From Cladosporium halotolerans (Eukaryota), in assembly GCF_011745625.1 (NCBI RefSeq), contig NW_027191452.1:558001-622000 (forward strand): a stretch of DNA of 64,000 nucleotides, given 5' to 3'. The position numbers were made by a program, and so were the translations under genes. Shown here in pieces: positions 57,649-64,000 of this stretch (position 1 is the stretch's first letter; each line of letters begins with the position of its first letter). The notes under the pieces were generated by a model that did not search any database, was not told the DNA's origin, and worked only from the letters and a program-made list of their open reading frames with translations.

Positions 57649-59845
57649 TTACACGCCAATGCCTTCCAGGCCACGACCCATCTCGAGCTCCTCAACGATT
57701 TCAGGCAGGAGACCCTCAAGCTCCTCCTCTCTCACCCCGAGAGCGCCAGTAATGAGCTTCTTATACTGCAACTGCTTGCCCTCACCAAGTCCAGCGCGTG
57801 CGAGATGACCGGTGACTTCCTGCACCAGCTCGCGTCGCTGTTCCTGTAGCTGAATGATTTGGCGCGCGTACTTGAGCTGTAAGCGGAGCAAAGATTCTTC
57901 GTCGAGAGATGCGTCCTCAGGACCGGTGGGGACTTCGGAGACCGGTGAACGGTACAAAGTGTCGAGGTTACGCTTCTGCTCGGCTTCGAGCAACGAGATA
58001 CATTCAGCCTCGACTTCTTGGAGTTGCGCATCAAGAGCCTCATCCAGTTCCGCAACGCTAGCAGGATCTTCTGGCTCTTTGGCGCGTAATTCTTCGGCTT
58101 GTCTCTTGAGTTGTTCTATCTCAGCTTGACGCATGTTGACAACGCGTTGCGCCTCGGCGAGCTCCGCGTCCTTTTCAGCGATCTCGGCATCAATAGCCGT
58201 AGCCAGCTGTTTGACTTTAGAGGTAAAGGCAGGTGTGATGAGAGAGGTCAGTTTCAGGGCGGGTTCCGATCTGTATACGTTGTCCTCCGGTTCAAGAGAG
58301 GCTTCCAGGGATGTGTGAGGGATCAATGGGTCGAAAGGTATGGCATTCGGCGGCTGCACGGCCCCACCAATGGTACTGGCGAGGTCGGCAGCTTGAAAGG
58401 GCGACGAGCTGAGCTGCCTGGCGCGCTCCTGCCGACGGTTGTTGAGCTGAACGATGAGCTGGTCTGCGGTAATATTCGCCAGATTTGGGATGTCCACGGC
58501 AGCATTGCGGCCAATGAGGCTGCGAACACATTTCCGAGCACCATTGCGAGCTGCGATGGTGATTGCCGTGTCGCCTTGGTTATCCTGTTCGTTCAGGATT
58601 CGCTCGATCTGATCGGGAGAGAGAACCTCCGCCATCTTGTTCAAGATACAGTCCATGTAGTACCTAGCGCACTGGTACTTCTTCTTGCTGATGGTGGTGT
58701 TCGAGATGTGGTGGAAAACAGTGGACCCAACCCAATCCTGCATGTTGACAGTGCGGACCAATAGTGAGGCGATGCGCTCCATGTTCTGCTTTTCGTGAAT
58801 GTTGGTAAATAAGACGGCACGCATCAGAGGCGTTTCGCCGCTCTTGGATTGCACATCGATGCTGGCTCCCCTGTTCAGCAATTGCTTGACGATCTCAAGG
58901 TCACCCATTGCGACTGCCCAGTGGAGAGCAGTATGGCCTTTGTCGTCGATTGAACGGTCAAGATTCGCGCCTTCCGGAGGCATAGAGATGGTTGAGGGCG
59001 CGTCTGGGTCACCCTGCAGTACGAAATAGTCGAGAAGCTCCTCCGCCCACATCTGATGCATGTTGTCCGCTTGAACTTGCGGGTCTTCCATGAGACGCCT
59101 GCGCTTGCGAGAAGATCCAAACGGGTGGGTGTCATATCCTTCGAAGACTGATTCGGTAGCTACACTTCCTTCAGGAGTTACTGCGCGCGGGTCATGCATT
59201 TGAACATCGAGTTGGTCATAATCAGGCGGTGGCATGTATGACGCTTTGTTGAAGTCAGTACAAGATCTCAGGGATTCACAGTGGGTGAAGGTCACATACG
59301 GATTGCCCGTGGAGCCGGACGTCTTTGTTGCATCGAACCACGCGGCACTCGCGGTTTGCCCGATGCAGCTGTCGCATGCTTAGGCGCAGGAGGCGGTGTC
59401 TTGTCACCCGGTACGAAATCAAAGATGGGTAGCATCTTTTCCAAGACATTGTTGCGTTCGGCGAGTAGCCTGCCATCGGCTAGAGGTATCCATGTTCCTA
59501 ATGCACATCAGTCATGGTCTCGAGTCCAGTGCCCCGCGATGGCACTCGCGCTCCATCCTCGTACCTTGGTATTTGCCATAACCTCCTTGAACCTTTTCGT
59601 GCACACCCTTTTGCACCTCGCGCTCGAGGATGCGGGTTCTGCTGGGCTTGTCATAGTCCGCGACCTTCAAGATGTGTGTAGCATTGATCCAGTCGTCGGC
59701 TCGGCGGCGCATGCAGTGATTGCCCTCGCAGTTGTACTCGTAGACCGGGACCTGTCCGCATCGATGATTAGTCGCGTGTAATTCAATATGCAGGTGTGGC
59801 ACAGCTTACATTGCTGTATGTCGCGCTGTACACCTTGTCCGTCAT
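57649..59845 (-). CDS. MBP1: APSES/KilA-N plus ankyrin cell-cycle transcription factor (Mbp1/Res1-like)
   Basis: [17 protein letters not shown]...[18 protein letters not shown]...[17 protein letters not shown]. Ankyrin repeats [16 protein letters not shown] and [12 protein letters not shown]; coiled-coil tail; three introns. Confidence 0.9.
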
Positions 59846-60270
59846 GACGAGCGATCGCGGTTCGGCGGAGGTGATGAACCTGCCACCCGAGTCTTTTAGC
59901 TCGTAGAGCAGTCGCAATGGCGCCCAACGCCTGTTCGGATGTGGAGCAAGTAGCTATTTGACGAGGTACTCGGGTAATGGCTCGTGCCAAATCGATCGTT
60001 ATCGGGTAGTCGTCGCCGCGGCGGTATCGGCGTGCGCGGTAGTGGAAAGCGTGACAGCGTGTCGCGTCGTGGCGCGTCTCTCGGACGTGGACCCTGCGAA
60101 ATGGAGACCCTGGCAGCATTGCACGCCTGGCGCGGCTCAATTGAGCTAGCGCCAAGGAAACAGCCGGCTGTCGAGTGACTGCAAATCCATGAGATCGATG
60201 AGTCCGAGGCACACGCAGGTTGAGCCGACGATTGCATACAGCTGCGATTGACGATTAACGACACGCGAAT

Positions 60271-62589
60271 ATGGCAGACGACTTACAGGATCACTCGCCC
60301 CATCAGCCGGTGCCTGCGGCCCCCATACCCACCGCCTCCAACCTCATTCTCATTGACAACTATGATTCCTTCACTTGGAACGTATATCAGTACCTTGTGC
60401 TGGAGGGAGCGACTGTGACAGTTTACCGCAATGATGAGATCACTCTAGATCAACTCGTTGCAAAGAACCCGACCCAACTGGTAGTATCCCCTGGTCCGGG
60501 TCATCCGATCAGTGACTCTGGAATTTCCAAGGATGCAATCAAGCACTTCGCGGGCAAAATCCCCATTTTGGGCGTATGCATGGGAGAGCAATGTATCTTT
60601 TCTGTCTTTGGAGGAACTGTCTCTCAGACTGGTGAGATTCTTCACGGCAAGACATCGCCACTCCGTCACGACGGTAAGGGCATGTACGCCGGGCTTTCGC
60701 AGGACCTCCCCGTGACAAGATATCACTCACTCGCTGGAACGCACCCGACTCTTCCAGACAGCCTTGAAGTCACTTCTTGGATTGCTGCTGGCCCGGACGG
60801 TGGCAAGGGCATCATCATGGGCGTGCGACACAAGGAGTACGTCATTGAAGGTGTTCAGTTTCACCCAGAGAGCATTCTCACTGCGGAAGGCAGAGTCATG
60901 ATCAAGAACTTCATGCTTATGCAGGGCGGTACTTGGGCAGAGAACGAGAGATTGCAGAAGCAGACGAAGTCTATGTCGAACGGTGCCCCCCAGGCCAACA
61001 CAGCTGCCGCTGGCAGCACCGACAAGAAGACCTCGATTCTTGACCGTATCTACGCCCAAAGGAAGATCTCTGTCGAGGCCCAGAAGTTGATCCCTTCTCA
61101 ACGCCCAGAGGACCTGCAGGCTGCCTACGACCTTGACCTTGCGCCACCGCTCATCTCATTCCCGGATCGTCTCAAGCAGTCGCCTTTCAAGCTGTCTCTG
61201 ATGGCTGAAATCAAGCGCGCCTCTCCCAGCAAAGGCATCATCTCGCTATCTACTTGCGCTCCTGCACAAGCACGGACATACGCCTTGGCTGGAGCCAGTG
61301 TGATCAGCGTACTTACAGAGCCCGACTGGTTCAAGGGTTCTATCGACGACATGAGAGCGGTCAGGCAAGCTCTTGCCGGTATGCCCAACCGCCCGGCTGT
61401 TCTGCGTAAAGAATTCATTTTCGACGAGTACCAGATCCTTGAGGCGCGACTCGCCGGTGCAGACACATTTCTCCTGATTGTAAAGATGCTCGACACGCCA
61501 CTTCTTGAGAGGCTCTACAAGTACGGCCAGAGCCTTGGTGTGGAGGCTGTGGTTGAGGTCAACACCACCGACGAAATGGAAATTGCGGTGAAGCTTGGCT
61601 CTAAGGTCATTGGCGTCAATAACCGCAACCTCACAACCTTCGACGTTGACATGGACACGACGAACCGATTGATGGAGATGGTCCCCAAGGAGACTACCCT
61701 CTGCGCTCTTTCAGGCATCACAGGACCGCAAGACGTAGAGCCTTACCTCAAGACCGGCGTCGGCGCAGTTCTTGTCGGCGAGGCCCTCATGCGCGCAAAA
61801 GACACCACCAAATTCATCTCAGAGCTCCTCGGCGGCAACACAGAGCAGATCAAGAAGCGGACATCGAAAAACATTGCCGTCAAGATCTGCGGCACCAGAA
61901 GCGCCGAGGCAGCGAAGACCGCCATTGAAGCCGGCGCAGACCTCATTGGCATGATCTTGGTCACTGGCCGAAAGCGATGCGTGAGCACAGAGACCGCGCT
62001 CGCTATCTCACAAACCGTCCACAACACCCCCAAGCCTGCGTCGTCGCAACCATCCGCTTCACCCGCAGGCGTGGAGAAAGCGCAGTCTTTCTTCGAACAC
62101 AAGGGCGCGAACGCCGTGCAGCAATCTTCACGCGCGCTCATCGTCGGCGTGTTCCAGAACCAGCCCCTGGACTACATCCTGGAGCAGCAGAAGCTTCTGA
62201 ACCTCGACATCGTCCAGCTGCACGGCCAGGAGCCCCTTGAATGGGCCTCGATCATTCCTGTCCCTGTGATCAGGTCCTTCAAGCCCGGCGATGCCGGTCT
62301 CGCGACACGCGGGTTCCACTCGCTGCCGCTTCTCGATTCGGGCGCCGGAGGGACCGGCGAGCAGCTGGACATGAGCAAGGTTATCGAGCTGCTGAAGAAG
62401 GACGATGGCCTGCACGTGCTTTTTGCTGGCGGTCTGAACCCGGACAACGTCGCAAAGGCAGTACAGAGCTTGGGCGACCAGGCCGAGAAGGTGGTGGGTG
62501 TTGATGTGAGCAGCGGCGTTGAGACGGATGGCGAGCAGGATCTGGAAAAGATTAAGGCTTTCATCAAGGCGGCGAAGGCTCTGAGATAG
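60271..62589 (+). CDS. trpC: Trifunctional tryptophan biosynthesis protein (anthranilate synthase component II / IGP synthase / PRA isomerase)
   Basis: [18 protein letters not shown] and QFHPES (GATase); [17 protein letters not shown] and GVNNRNL (IGPS); VKICG, QLHG, LDSG, AGGL and DVSSGVE (PRAI). Confidence 0.97.
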   Translation: MADDLQDHSPHQPVPAAPIPTASNLILIDNYDSFTWNVYQYLVLEGATVTVYRNDEITLDQLVAKNPTQLVVSPGPGHPISDSGISKDAIKHFAGKIPILGVCMGEQCIFSVFGGTVSQTGEILHGKTSPLRHDGKGMYAGLSQDLPVTRYHSLAGTHPTLPDSLEVTSWIAAGPDGGKGIIMGVRHKEYVIEGVQFHPESILTAEGRVMIKNFMLMQGGTWAENERLQKQTKSMSNGAPQANTAAAGSTDKKTSILDRIYAQRKISVEAQKLIPSQRPEDLQAAYDLDLAPPLISFPDRLKQSPFKLSLMAEIKRASPSKGIISLSTCAPAQARTYALAGASVISVLTEPDWFKGSIDDMRAVRQALAGMPNRPAVLRKEFIFDEYQILEARLAGADTFLLIVKMLDTPLLERLYKYGQSLGVEAVVEVNTTDEMEIAVKLGSKVIGVNNRNLTTFDVDMDTTNRLMEMVPKETTLCALSGITGPQDVEPYLKTGVGAVLVGEALMRAKDTTKFISELLGGNTEQIKKRTSKNIAVKICGTRSAEAAKTAIEAGADLIGMILVTGRKRCVSTETALAISQTVHNTPKPASSQPSASPAGVEKAQSFFEHKGANAVQQSSRALIVGVFQNQPLDYILEQQKLLNLDIVQLHGQEPLEWASIIPVPVIRSFKPGDAGLATRGFHSLPLLDSGAGGTGEQLDMSKVIELLKKDDGLHVLFAGGLNPDNVAKAVQSLGDQAEKVVGVDVSSGVETDGEQDLEKIKAFIKAAKALR

Positions 62590-62938
62590 ATGGCAGATAC
62601 ATCGCATTTGTAAATGGCATAGATGTGAGTTGAAAGTGCATCCAAACCTCAAAATCCTTGGCATGATTCGGTCTTTGGTCATATGAGAATCATCTCGTCG
62701 GTCATTTGGAATCCTTGAATTGAAGTCTGTACACACAACTGGGGATATAGAAAAGGACTAACTACGAAGTACACCACGCCATGCCGGCGCCTTTCTTGCG
62801 CGCGCTTGCATATCCAAAGCTTTTTCTTTTATCTGTCTTATATGGCAGTCAGAGGCCAAGAGCAATCGCCTCCAGGCCTCCAACCAGTCCAGTGCTTTGG
62901 AGTGGCCAGAGAAGAAGAATTATAATAGTAAGCCCATA

Positions 62939-64000
62939 CTAATTAGTATTCGCGCCACCCGTACCCGCCACGCCGAGACCGAACACGAGACCCAGCACGA
63001 GCGCCAGGATACAGATGATGATGACGACGATCCAGAAGCACCACCACTTGAGCTTGCGGGCGCGGCGGGCGTGCTCGATGCCCTTGTCGAGCTGCACGTT
63101 GCCGGCCTCGGTGTCGTGCTTGACGCGCTCCGTGTGCTGCTCCGTCTCCTGGATCGGCGCGTCCTGCAGCATGATCGTCGTCGCCAGGTCCTCCATCAGC
63201 GACTGCAGCTCGAGCATCGTGCGCTCGATCTTCTGGATGTCGTTGTGGCGCGCGCGCACGTTGCCCAGGACGGTGTTGGCGGCGGCGGTGCGGTTGGTTT
63301 TGAGCTGCGACCGGATGTTAGTATACCGCACATAATGTCAAGGATCAATATTCTATATGGACATACCGCTGTCTGGAAAACGCCCTCATTGCCCCAGTCT
63401 GCCTGCACGGCCTCCTGCACCTCCGAGTCTGTGGCCTCGGGGTTCACGATCCGGTACTGGCGGGCAATCTGCTCGCGATACCGCCTCTCGTAGTTCGCCT
63501 CCTCCTGCCTGTACTCCTGCAACTGCTTCGTAAAGCTGGTCTTGAGCTGCCTGATCTGCGTGTCCTTGACGGAGTTGCCCTGGCTCCGCACGGCGTCGGT
63601 CTCGAGCGCCTTGATCTGGTCCTTGATGCTGGTGTTCAGCACCTGCGTCTGCGTCACCATGTTCTCCAGCGCATTGGAGGAGCCCGCATTGTCGGCGCTC
63701 GATATCGACTGCTGGTGCAGCGTCGCGATCTGGCCCACGTGAGTCGTGAGCGTGCGAATGTCCGCCTTGACCGCCTCCACGCGCGACAGGAAGTCCGGGT
63801 TCGAGAGCGTGCTGCGCGCCGGCTGGACGTACTCGACGTGGCCTTGAGGCACAAACGGAACGGCCGGAGCATCGGCGCTCGCGGCAACAGGCCCGCCGCC
63901 GCCTTGTTGTGAGTACGACGAATCCTGGGTCTGCTGGCTGTAGGTCGACTGGTTGTGGGCGAGCGGCGGCGCACCGAGGCGAGAAGAAGGCTGCTGCGCG
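62939..64000 (-). CDS. SSO1: Plasma-membrane syntaxin (Sso1/Sso2-like), 5' end outside the window
   Basis: Habc region REQIARQYRIVNPEATDSEV; intron ~63306-63366; SNARE motif VRARHNDIQKIERTMLEL...QD; ARRARKLKWWC followed by a C-terminal TM helix. Confidence 0.9.

Overview
Gene-dense genomic DNA from a filamentous ascomycete. Short GT-AG introns with CTRAY branch sites, a trifunctional trpC and a RIP-like mutation signature fit Pezizomycotina, probably a Dothideomycete (inference). About 23 protein-coding genes can be reconstructed by hand, including a peroxisomal 4CL-like acyl-CoA ligase, GPI cell-wall protein, RhoGAP, TIM9, translin, agmatinase-family ureohydrolase, MATE, two amino-acid permeases, a sugar porter, a transketolase/DAS paralog, U2AF1, RPC34, a hybrid histidine kinase, NUP188, NDUFB7, a BRCT-WGR protein, a copper-fist TF, NNT1/EFM7, a DUF202 protein, an MBP1-like TF, trpC and SSO syntaxin. 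Main observations: (1) a [D1,2]/[A2,3] spliceosomal twin intron (stwintron) in the agmatinase gene, required to restore the conserved frame; (2) three diverged ~240-bp tandem units with nested inverted repeats and a RIP signature; (3) a candidate intron splitting the U2AF1 stop codon that would add an NPDEI-motif tail; (4) two spliced microprotein genes (41 and 95 aa) not correctly captured by the ORF track; (5) a GATAAG-rich ureohydrolase-MATE-permease mini-cluster; (6) a copper-fist domain with an altered metal-ligand set. No rRNA, tRNA, CRISPR array or intact transposon was recognised. All gene identities come from motif recognition, not database searches.
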